A stretch of DNA of 60,494 bases, counting the filler, from Circinaria calcarea (lineage: Eukaryota): the NCBI GenBank assembly GCA_051942165.1. It is 9 parts of 9 records of this genome, joined end to end, with 100 filler letters (N's around TTAATTAATTAA, not from the genome) between each part and the next. Parts side by side here need not be neighbours in the genome. Positions count along the whole stretch, not along the records: positions 20,234 to 26,868 come from JAVECS010001532.1; positions 26,969 to 33,601 come from JAVECS010001533.1; 7 more parts are not named here. One strand, written 5' to 3'. Shown piece after piece: positions 23,201 to 33,701 of this stretch. Position numbers and translations under genes: made by a program. Within the stretch, counting starts at the first letter, position 1. Every line of letters begins with the position of its first letter. The notes beneath the pieces are model-generated. The model was not told the origin of the DNA, did no database searches, and saw only the letters and a list, made by a program, of their open reading frames with translations.

Positions 23201-24518
23201 AGTAGCCTCAACACAATCGGCAGTTTGATTTGAGGGAAGAAAGCGGACTGGCAGAGGATAATAATATAGAGTAAGACTTAGTCTAACCTGACTTGGCAAA
23301 GCTTTACCCCACTGAAATAATTCACCACATTGCTCAGTTGCTTGCCTCCAAGCCTTGTTGTAGAGGAGGAGACATATATATATCAGTTATCTGAATCAGC
23401 CCATTGCTAAGAGGATCGTTCTGCAATGTTCCCATCTGAACGGGTGGCCACCCAGAGGTTCCCCTGTTCCCTTCCTTTTGATTTTTGAGCGGTATCTACT
23501 CTGAGGACGACCAACTGTTCGTGCTCAACCCGCGTACAGTTCATGCCTTGTGGTATTGCAACAACACGGCACATTGCCACTCGGGCGGGTTGGACCTCTT
23601 TCAGTAACTGGTGTCATCGAATGCAAATGCGGCACACGGCCCTCTACCGGAATGCCGTGCTATCAGGTTATGCGTATGGACTGGGGGAAGGTGTGAATGA
23701 AAGGACCATCTGATGGACAAACTGCTCCCTGAACTCTTCATCATCGGAGATCCCGAGGTAGGTGATCGTCGTACGAAGTATCCGCGGCGAGAATTAAGGA
23801 CCAATAGAAGCAACCAAGGTAGAAAGGAGAAAGGAGCAGGCCGACGTTGAAACCTCCCAGTACGAGCACAGAACTGTGTCTGTAAAGTTGATTATGCCGT
23901 CCTGTCCAACAGCAGATTTCCCATGCCACAGAGAGTCAGCTCGGAAGGGGATAGAAGCTGTATCGAAGACAAATCAAGGCGAGCATCAAACCCAAGAAAA
24001 TGGGGGGATTGGTAAATCTCTCAGAACTATGCCTTATTGATCTCAGAGAGGCTCAAGCTGCTGGAAGAGTGCAGTCCTTTGCAAATCGCAACGATGGTGT
24101 ACAGTAGCTACCGTCCGCCGTGAACCGAGATGCTACCAGCATGTCTTTGCCTGCGGAGCACAATATCCCGTGCGATATCCTCAGTACCTCTGAGGTGCAG
24201 AACATGCTAAGCAATGATATGCCTCTAAATTAGATCACAGTAAGTCATGATGGCATTCGCATACCCACCTGCTGTGTTTGGTAAGACGATTAATTGAGAT
24301 AGGCCATTCCTCCAATCGATTGCTCAGCTGATACCAAGGCGACCACTGATCTCCGCACATCTGCATACTATACCCCCTCTCAAGCACAAGCTATATAGAG
24401 TAAGTCATCTTACTTACCAACCGAGCATTTCGTGTTTGTACTTTGAACATCAGAGAAATATCAACGGCTAGACACGTACTGCATCACCTTCCCTTTCTCA
24501 ACCAACACATCGAACAAT

Positions 24519-26098
24519 ATGTTGGGCCTAGCTACAATCGTGCTTCAGTCTCTTCTGGTCGCTGTACTCGCGAGGTGTATCTACCTGCGCTATTTCCACC
24601 CTCTGTCAAACTACCCCGGCCCGTCTCTTGCTGCTGTCACCGACCTATGGTCCGTACCCTCTTCATGTCCTGCCCTTCATCCTGTAATCTAAGGTGATTT
24701 TCCTTCAGGAAGTTCTACACCTACTTGGGCGGCAAGCACCACCTGGTGGAGCAGGACCTACACGCCAAGTATGGTCACGTTATCCGCACAGGTCCCAACA
24801 GCCTGGGTTTTTCCGACCTCTCGGATTTCAATGTCATATATGGCTTCAACAAGGCCTTCGAAAAGGGTGATTTCTATTCCTTCGGTCGTGATAGCAGGGC
24901 TAAAGCCGGAAGCATCTTCACCGCCCGCAGCGACCAGGTCCATCGTGAACACAGAAGAAAGGTGGTTGGACCTGCCCTGTCAACGGCTAAAGTGGCAACG
25001 TATGAACCTGTCATATCAAAAAATGTCTCTAATCTTACTTCACGTCTGACGGAAGCATTGTCCGTTTCCAAGAACTCCTCTTCGATCAATGTTGCCCCTT
25101 ATATCCACCGCTACACATTTGATACATTGGCAGAAATTATATACGGAGAACCCATATGTTCCCAACCCTACACTGACACTCCAGGCTCTCGCAATGTTCT
25201 TGCTGATTCCCGAAACATTTCCAAATTTGCCTGGGCAGGGTCGCTTTTGCCCTGGCTTGGCTGGCTGATGGCAACCCGCCCGATGGTCTATCTCACCCGT
25301 CGTCCCACTTACGACTCCGAGGGCAACCTCACAAGCATCGCCGCCATTGTGTCCCGTACTCGAGATCTTATCTTTGCAAATCCCGAGAGAGCCTTGGAGT
25401 CACGTCAACCGAGTATCTTAAACAATTACCTTCAAGTCCCAGAAAGCGACACCAAACGCATGCGCCCGGACGAGATGTGGCGGGAATGCTACAATCTGAC
25501 TTTTGCAGGTCCAGGGAGTACTGCCGCAGCCTTGACCGCCCTCTTGTATGAGCTGGGCACTCCTCGCGGTCGGGAGTGGTGTGAACACATTCGCGCAGAT
25601 CTGAGTCTAGACTCGGAACAGACCAGAAGACCACTCTCGTCACCTGTTCTTATCGCTGTTATCAGGGAAACCCTACGTCTGCGAGCTCCGTTCCCAACGG
25701 CTTTCCCCCGCAGCATTACTCCTGGGGGTGAGTCTGCCATCCCAGGACTTCCAGCGCCGCTTCCTGTTGGTACGACCGTTTCCGCGAATACATATGTCCT
25801 TGGCCACTCGAAAGGTGTTTGGGGCGAAGATGCAGAGTTATGGAAGCCTGAAAGGTGGCTCACGGGAGACGAGAGCGAAGCCAAAAAGCTAGAAGACAGC
25901 TTTGTTGTTTTCAGCAAGGGACCGAGGGGATGCATTGGAAGGGAGATTGCAATGCTGATGCTCGCCGAAGCGGTCGCGAGCTTGTTGGAGAAGTGGAATA
26001 TCAGAGCCGAGAAAGAGCCAAAGGGAGCAAGTTTTCTGGAGATGCAGTACACGGAATGTGAAGTTGGCTTCGTTCAAAGAAGCAAAGAAGTGAAGTGA
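24519..26098 (+). CDS. Cytochrome P450 monooxygenase, 2 exons (intron at about 24650-24708)
   Basis: N-terminal TM anchor, [27 protein letters not shown] (ExxR), PERW and heme motif [10 protein letters not shown]. Confidence 0.95.
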
Positions 26099-26236
26099 AG
26101 TTGAAGTGAAGTGAAGTTGAAGTGAAGTGAAGTTGAAGTGAAGTGAAGTTGAAGTGAAGTGAAGTTGAAGTGAAGTGAAGTTGAAGTGAAGTGAAGTTGA
26201 AATGAAGTGAAGTTGAAGTGAAGTTGAAGTGAAGTT
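26087..26236. repeat. Compound microsatellite (GAAGT GAAGT GAAGTT)n, about 9 copies of 16 bp
   Basis: Visible directly; it overlaps the last P450 codons and the stop. Confidence 0.97.
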
Positions 26237-26684
26237 CATGGACCGTGAAAAGAGCTGGCTACCAACTAGTTGGAACCCTTATGTCTTCTATTTGTGCCTA
26301 ATAAGACTTGCTTTAATTCTCTCAACCAAAATGAATGTGAATGATTTCCTTCAGTTTCTCCTAAATCTAGCTGGTGCTGTCAGCATTGAAGAAGTTCCCA
26401 ACTCACCTACACGTGACTTGATTCCTAGCCAAAGCTTCTTAGATACTTCTTAAGGCTATCTGCTATGTTCTGTTGCTTTTACGAGGGAACAGGTCGCTCA
26501 GTTGGAGTTGGGCCCTTAATATTTCATTTGCATTTCGTGAGTCGTCACTCTCCAGGAGGATACAAGCCGCGTTGTCACCTATAATACTTTGGCACTTCAG
26601 CTACCAACGTCTCTGTCATACAGATACATTCGCGTCTTAATCCCGAATTATACAAATTGGTAGTCGGTTGAGAAAAACTAGGAT

Positions 26685-26812
26685 TGCCCTGAAATGAAGA
26701 ATGAGTGGAAGGGGCTACTATCGGCGTAAGATTTTCCGATCCGAACCGAAATGCCCTTCCACTCACTCTTCGTTTCAGAGCACCTCTTCCACTCATTTTT
26801 CGTTTCAGGGCA
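26685..26812. repeat. Three copies of a 30-bp motif, one forward and two tandem inverted
   Basis: tgccctgaaatgaagaatgagtggaagggg (26685-26714) versus reverse-complement copies at 26753-26782 and 26783-26812. Confidence 0.85.
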
Positions 26813-26868
26813 TATAATGTCGGTTCAAACCCTCCCTGTTAATCAATCAATACAGGAGATCAGCCAAG

Positions 26869-26968
26869 NNNNNNNNNNNNNNNNNNNNNNNNNNNNNNNN
26901 NNNNNNNNNNNNTTAATTAATTAANNNNNNNNNNNNNNNNNNNNNNNNNNNNNNNNNNNNNNNNNNNN
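26869..26968. other. Artificial contig spacer
   Basis: N44-TTAATTAATTAA-N44. Confidence 0.99.
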
Positions 26969-27743
26969 CAGTCGTAACGGGACACTTTGGAGTTTTCGAA
27001 GGTGCAGGGTTGCCCTATGTATGCTGTGTCTCACATGGCGTCGGCGGAAAATGTCTAGCACTATATCCCATTGAGCAATTGGTATATACAGTTTAAGCTA
27101 CCGGATTCTGTGGCTATGTATTTGTGGTTATTGAGAAGAGTGTTCAGGATACTCTACAATGGAGCTAAATCTGTAGCAAGTGGGATTAAAGGTGTTGAAT
27201 ATATAGTGCGAATCGGTATTCATTGTTGCCACTACTGCTCAAGTCTAGAATACATGTGGGGAAACCCCGAATTTTATACCTATTTTGCCACGTTTTCCTC
27301 ACCCCTGAATTATACCAAATATATGCACATCCGAATGTTACATGCATACCGAATAACCGTCTGGTATTTCGCTCACCATAAGGCGGAGAGATGTTAGCGC
27401 CAAGCGCGACGTGCATACCATCTTACTCAGCCTCGCCAGCTTCATCTCCTTGTCCTGTCCTGCTTTTCGCTCTTATCTGTTTGATAACTGTTCTGTCTAA
27501 ACCGGCATTTCAAACAAAATGAAACTGGTCTGGATCAAACAGGAGTGACACCTCTCGTCCTTTGCATCCTTTTGTTGGATGCTTCTATCAGTTTACCAAC
27601 CTTATGAAAGTTTTCTCTATCCTATGATCGAGCTGTGTCATTCTAACTTCCCTTTCATTACCATCTGGAAATGATACGAACTTAAAGCCTTATTGTTTAT
27701 AAGATATGACAATGGAGGGGGTCAGTGCCGCTGCCTCTATAAT

Positions 27744-27964
27744 TGTAAGGATCCTTTACGAATAATATAATGATCTTACGATCAGGGTCGGTGAATTGTG
27801 TGATAATGAGCTCAATGGGTTCGCATAAGCGTATGAATTATTGCTAAAGAGTTCTCGTGTAACGCTTCGCGAGGAAAACCTTTCTCGCTAAGCCAACACC
27901 TCGTGACCTCGGTGTATAATTCATCCGTAGGGTTCGTAGGGGTTCTCGGGTAGAGACCCTTACA
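27744..27964. mobile_element. Probable solo LTR (about 221 bp) of an LTR retrotransposon
   Basis: Starts TGTAAGGATCC and ends GACCCTTACA (TG...CA with inverted ends); it interrupts a coding start; the flanks ATAAT and AATTA are not a matching TSD. Confidence 0.6.
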
Positions 27965-29135
27965 AATTAATATTTATATATCCCGATATATAAAGTTGTT
28001 AAAGATTCAGCAGGGAATAACTTAAGCAATGCATTGAGACGGTATTGGAAGTGTACGCAATAGTCGACATATTATGTAACGTCGTGTGTATGTTCTATGG
28101 TTCGCAAAATACGAAGCCAAGGGGAAAACTCTACAACCCATGCTAGTACTAATACGGGCAATACAGAACTTCTACATAGCACACGGTATGCTTGGCTCTC
28201 TATTTAACAAAAGTAGATTATCGCAAACACCACTACCACCACCGTATGCTAGGGTCATGAATATCTAATAGTTAGTACCCGTGCAGGAGAATTTATTCCT
28301 ATAACTTCCAGTCCTGCTCAGATGCGCGCTTTCCACAGAATGGATTATATATATTGGCCCGGCGCTCTAATCAGTGTGGGTGAGTATCATCTCGAGATTT
28401 CATCACGTATCTCGGAAAGGTCACGTAAAGACCAATCACGGCTGACTACCTGATGACTATCATCTCGCAATTTACTGTATGTGCTGCGTGGTTCGTAAGG
28501 CTTCTTTCCTCCGCCCTGTTTCGGCTTCCTCGATATCGGTTCGGTCGGCCTCGACATCTCGACATCATACTAGCCACCAAAGGCTGTCAACTCTCTTCCG
28601 TACCGATCAAGCCAAAATAGTGCGAAGAGTTTGTGGATCGCTCAACAATAGTCGATCGCAACATGCATCTTGGCGCAATCGCTCGAGAGCCAGATTAAGA
28701 CCGCCAGGCAGGGTTTCTTGCGTTATCGTTACGAATGGTTATCGCATGTGGTACGTCATCAAGCATAATCGGTCTGTTCATTCTTCATACTCCGTTTATC
28801 AACGGATACTATTCGACCATAGATTCTTCACATTAGCCATCTATAGCACGCAAAAGGTGCGCCTTAAGCTCACGGCCTAATGGAATAATGTAGACTTTCG
28901 TCAGATTTGATGTTACATGCATGTATCACACAACCGCTATGCTTTGTTATATACGCGCGATGGCCGAGGAGTATTTAGTTCCTTCACTCCACGATCTGGA
29001 TTGAACGTTTGGCAATCATCTTTTTGGCCCATAAACGTGTTGTTCCATACCTACACTGAGACAAGAACCATCCGTGTCTCACCCAGTTAGTTTTATACCA
29101 CATCAAAAACCGTCAAAGAAAAGCTCATTGCCTAT

Positions 29136-30008
29136 ATGCCTATTCCGTTCTCGAACAGGAGATCGAGCGCTATGGCGATCACTATAAGCCCTCCTCCCGG
29201 CGGGCAGTCCTCAAAACCTCCGCCTATCTACCTCCCCAGTGCTATAACCGTCCTTTGCCTTCTTCAGATATTCCTCCAGAGCATAATCGAGGGCTTCTCC
29301 TATACCTGCCTTAGCGTCTTCGCTGGCTTCATCACTGGCACTGTTATAATCGTCGCCTCACGCCTGCAAAGCCTTTCGGACCCACATTCCCACTTCGTCT
29401 TTCCTTACGATGCCTTCTTGGTGTGGGGTGGCTTTGCCTTGGGTTCCCTCTTTTCCGGCCACTACGGCCTTAGGAAAATTGCTTCCAAACGTTGCCTATC
29501 ACAAATAAGATCCTACCAGCTTGGGCTCTCTTTCAGTTCCATCCTATTGATTGCCGCCGTTATTAGTAGTATATACTTGAAGATCGACGTCAATAGGATC
29601 AACATCAACTCATCCGCTACTTTCTCCCTCGCCCTTATCCTCTCATTCTGGTCTGGCTGCAGCTTTTCCCTCATCAAAATACTTCAGGTACATGAGCTGC
29701 CTCTTCCTATTTGTACAGGCGCTGTCAATAACCTCTTCTACGACCATCCACGCCACGAGGAGCACCTTTACTCTCAGACTCTGAAGAGGATATCGCTGGT
29801 TTTTACGATTTTCATCGGTGCCTTGACTGGGGCAGCGACCGCACGTGGAAGAGAATGGTTGCCCATGATGCTAGCTCTTGTAATCACGGTTATGAACTTA
29901 CTTTTAGCCGAGTTCATCGAGAGAGGAAGACAACGAGCGATGATCAAGGAACCGTCACGGGATAATACCAATGGAAACGAGGACGGCTTATCACACTCAA
30001 AAAGCTAG
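29136..30008 (+). CDS. DUF1275 (YoaK-like) multi-pass membrane protein, intronless
   Basis: 290-aa ORF with 6-7 hydrophobic helices; IIEGFSY...FAGFITGTVI resembles the DUF1275 N-terminal F...TGN motif; second ICTGAV motif; RISLVFTIFIGALTGA. Confidence 0.65.
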   Translation: MPIPFSNRRSSAMAITISPPPGGQSSKPPPIYLPSAITVLCLLQIFLQSIIEGFSYTCLSVFAGFITGTVIIVASRLQSLSDPHSHFVFPYDAFLVWGGFALGSLFSGHYGLRKIASKRCLSQIRSYQLGLSFSSILLIAAVISSIYLKIDVNRININSSATFSLALILSFWSGCSFSLIKILQVHELPLPICTGAVNNLFYDHPRHEEHLYSQTLKRISLVFTIFIGALTGAATARGREWLPMMLALVITVMNLLLAEFIERGRQRAMIKEPSRDNTNGNEDGLSHSKS

Positions 30009-30431
30009 ATAATCACGGCAAGGAGGTCTGGGAGCGCTATCAGATGCATATCAGATGCATTAATTGTTTCTTATCGTTGAAGGTTGTGATATTTACGAGC
30101 TTAGATATAGAGAGAGCGAGCTAACCACCCCGAAAACCAATTCCGAAGACATTACTGAATCTGTCGATGCCAAAGAGGAGAGGGCATACTCCACATTCAG
30201 GATCGAGTGATTGAATAAGTACCTTGTTGTTCGACGAATCAATCCTGACTCGACGTTTCCATATCACGTGCTTCCTCGCCACATCCCCCTGTGCCCCTCC
30301 CTTTGAATAGTGACTGATACTTCGTACTGAACCTCGAGGATTTGTAGTCAGGCTGCTCGTCTTTGTAGTAAAAATGCCCGATCGGGAGACGAATGGCCCT
30401 GAGCAATTCATCAATCTAACTGTACATCCTT

Positions 30432-31380
30432 ATGTCTCCAGAGACGACGACTAACCACCCTCGATAGCTTTCCTCGACGATACCGGACGACATCCTAAGA
30501 TTCAGTCGCGAAGCCGCGGATTTCTCCCGCGACACCGCTGACTCCATCGCCGACTCCAACAATCGTCATATCGCAGAAGTTGGCGATTCACTCCGAGAGA
30601 TATTATAAAGCTCACTATGGCTCCTGAACTCGGTGAAGCCGTCGTTTAGTTTTCCTATCCTCCGCGCTGTTCTGCAGCCACCTAAAACGCCTTTCAGTTA
30701 TTTTAAACGAGTCTAGGAATAAATATTCAGGAATCGAGCCGTTGTTGCCGCTATTATTACCTTTATCGGTACCGGGACCTTTCTTGTCGTTTATAAACGG
30801 CGACATTATAGATAAAGACGCCGTGCGGAATAGACGGCCAACGAAGCCAGAATAGAAATTATTATTCTAGCAGGATCCCCACACTCACCTCTCACGCGTA
30901 TTCTTATGCTAGACCTCGAGCGCCGAGGGTTTATTATCTATATCCCGGTCGGCACGGAGTCGGAAAAGCAAGTTATATAAGCTGAGCTGCGCGCTGATAT
31001 CTACCCTTTGCATCTAAACATCACATTCGTTGGTTTCCTTGTTGTTCTTCTTTCATCCGCCTATAACATGAAATGACTGGTTAACGCTCTACTCACATCT
31101 CAATCATTATTTCACGCACCCCGCCCAATCCTCCACTCAACCACCCTCTTCCTTCTTACACCCTCCATTCCCCCTTCTTTCAACCTCCCCAACCACGCCC
31201 CTTTCAACACTACCTCCGCAGCCATATCATCCTACCTTTCCACCCTCCGCGCCGAACTTTCCATCCAAACCTCCCCCGTAACAATCACTTACCTTAAACT
31301 AGGCGTCTTCGACTTCAGCACCCTCTGCGCCTCCCGCGGCGCCCTCCGCGGCGCCCTCGCCACCATCCGCAGCCCACTCA
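30432..31380 (+). pseudogene. RIP-mutated, internally deleted copy of a DUF1776 (Ysc83-like) gene
   Basis: One frame reads IPDDILRFSRE...RV*E*IFRNRAVVAAIITFIGTG...RRAE*TANEARIEIIILAGSPHSPLTRILMLDLERRGFIIYIPV, with stops at 30606, 30714, 30720, 30813, 30831 and 30978. A later fragment reads LLTPSIPP...LSTLRAEL...LKLGVFDF. Confidence 0.85.
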
Positions 31381-31445
31381 ATCGAATTAGTTCACGAAAG
31401 AGATAGGCGTTTCTTTGATATAAGCCAAGGCTGACTCTTGATTAG

Positions 31446-33150
31446 CTCGTTTCCAGTACCATTCCCTAGGGGTAATCGTCGCTGGCGCTGGAAACGATCA
31501 AGTCCAGTAATAAAAGCTGATCATAGCGAGGAAGCCTTCAGAATATATTTTGAAAAACCTCAATTGAGAGATACTAACACCGGCCTAATAATATCCTGGC
31601 CTATCGAACAGCAGCAGCAAGCAATAACGCAAGGTGCCATTCTTCAGGAGATAGGCCGCGATCAAAAAGGAAATGCACCTTCTATTATAGAAGGGCTTAC
31701 CAAGCTACATCCTGATGAAGACAATCGAATATCTAGTTGGCTTCGGAGCCTTCTCTTTGAAGCCGAGCTGGTGTCTATCAACAGGAAGGTCTCCAATATC
31801 ACTCATAATGGAATGGTAATTCGCAAGGTACCCTCGTTTCGCTTCATCATAGAATTCATATCGGACCGGAATCCTGGTAGAAGAGGGGAGGAGATTCCCC
31901 ATGGCAACGTGTTATCGTTGTCAAGGCCGACTATCCCGGTCCATCGGAAAAACCTCGATCCAGAGACCCTGGATGTCTATCGACGACCTTGGGATTGGGA
32001 CGCAGTGAGTTAAGCTAATCAAAGTCCATGCATTGACTGATCACAATAATAGTGGGATCCCTCCTATATAATCATCAAGGAATGGGTTCCACCCACCGCC
32101 GCCAGTAGTCCAAACAGTCCAGTCCAGAGGCTGGATTGTGACTGCCTTAATAATCCAAAGGGTGGACTGCTAATTCAGTCCGGACTGTTAAAACTTAATT
32201 TATATGATATAACGTCAGAAAAAGCTTAATCAAGACTAGTTTAAGATTAGCGTTAATCCGGAGAATCGAAATTCCGAAAACTACCTATTATTCTCCTTAC
32301 GATTAATTTCTTTCAAAATTGATATCTGGATTATAGTCTAGATTGATAATCTAATTTAATTTAATTATCCTGGACTAGGACTGACAATGCGCAAATTGGT
32401 AATCTAGACTGTAGTCCGGACTGCTGGACTACTGGCGGCCCTGGTTCCAGAAAACGATCGGGGCATCCTCTTTGAGCACACCGGCAAGCTACGTGAGAGG
32501 CGGATTATTACCCATACTTAAACTCGGGAATGCGAACGCGGACGCGACTAACTATCGCCGGTGAGGAGAAGGCCTCCACGACGTTGGGAATTCCCCGCTC
32601 GCGAACCCTCTAGAATGTGGCAGCGTTCTCAATCGAGAGAGACAGTACCACAGCGACGCCCAACAGAAGTAATTATAAATAATGATAATGGTAATGGTCT
32701 AGACTGGTCAGACCAGCCCAGAACGCGACAAGGGCTAGAAAGAGAGCGCGAATTCAGGAACGATGATGAGATTCGTGCACGTATGGAGAAAGAGTTAATG
32801 GCCAGACGCGAGTACGAACTCAAGAAGGAAGATGACATTCGTGATTCGGAGGAAGAATCATGGGTAAGGAGGCCTCGTGCCTATACCTTTGACTTCGAAA
32901 TAGAGGGTCTGTCAAACGTAGTTGCCTCGTCAAACTGCAATTGGGCTCAAGTCCGAGGAGCCAGTTGTTCGGGAACGAGAACGCGATGAAGAATCACCTG
33001 GCACCAAGAAGGAAGTAGAAGATTAAGATCCGCAGGACGAAGCTCTAAACGACCTCCTAGCCAAATATACCACTCTATTCGGTGCGCCGGCGCCACGGAA
33101 TCCTCCACCACCACAGCGATAGGAGTAGCCCTCGAGGCCGTACAATGTAA
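31446..33150 (+). pseudogene. Disrupted gene carrying the conserved fungal 'RPT..VHRK.L.PETLD.Y..PW.WD..DP.YIIIK.W.PE.D...LFEHT.KLRE' domain (DUF8035-like)
   Basis: LSRPTIPVHRKNLDPETLDVYRRPWDWDA | intron 32006-32052 | WDPSYIIIKEWVP [350-bp insertion] ENDRGILFEHTGKLRERR; in-frame TAA at 32519 and 32549; the frame continues into ORF 32561-32989. The 3' boundary is approximate. Confidence 0.8.
32094..32443. mobile_element. Non-autonomous TIR element (MITE), hAT-like, 350 bp
   Basis: Left end CACCGCCGCCAGTAGTCCA versus right-end reverse complement CAGGGCCGCCAGTAGTCCA (17/19 identical). 8-bp flanks GTTCCACC and GTTCCAGA. Subterminal AGTCC/GGACT repeats and an AT-rich core. Removing it restores the host frame. 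Confidence 0.88.
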
Positions 33151-33601
33151 CCCCGTACATTCTAAGCTAGGTTTTACCACCTACCTTCCTTACGAGCGAG
33201 CATGCGGGGGTCTAGAATCTTAGCCTTTAGGACGATGTATTTGGGAGAATATATGGGAGAGGGAAAATCGGAATGTCAGTCACGTCACGAGGTATTCGGG
33301 ATCTCCCGTAGGTAGATAGGGGTACGTTTCGGGCTGGACCGGGAGAATTTGGGAAAGGGATGTAGGCGGGATATAGGGTGGAAAGGATTGAAATCGTTAT
33401 TAGAAAGCAGTAGCTTACCGCATTATCCAGGATCTACGGATTCCTCGAGGTCCACGCTCAAACACCTCTAAATCTTATATAAAAACTTTTTACCGCTACA
33501 TAAGGTAACTAGTTCATAAAGTTATATACGTAGTAATGTATGAATGCCAAACACACATGCTGCTCCACAGTGGTTTTGTAACTGGGAAAGGGGGATACGG
33601 G

Positions 33602-33701
33602 NNNNNNNNNNNNNNNNNNNNNNNNNNNNNNNNNNNNNNNNNNNNTTAATTAATTAANNNNNNNNNNNNNNNNNNNNNNNNNNNNNNNNNNNNNNNNNNN
33701 N
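33602..33701. other. Artificial contig spacer
   Basis: N44-TTAATTAATTAA-N44. Confidence 0.99.

Noticed and set aside
25889..26239. 116-aa ORF with [16 protein letters not shown] repeats as a repetitive peptide precursor
   Set aside because: It is just the antisense translation of the microsatellite; no signal peptide or processing sites
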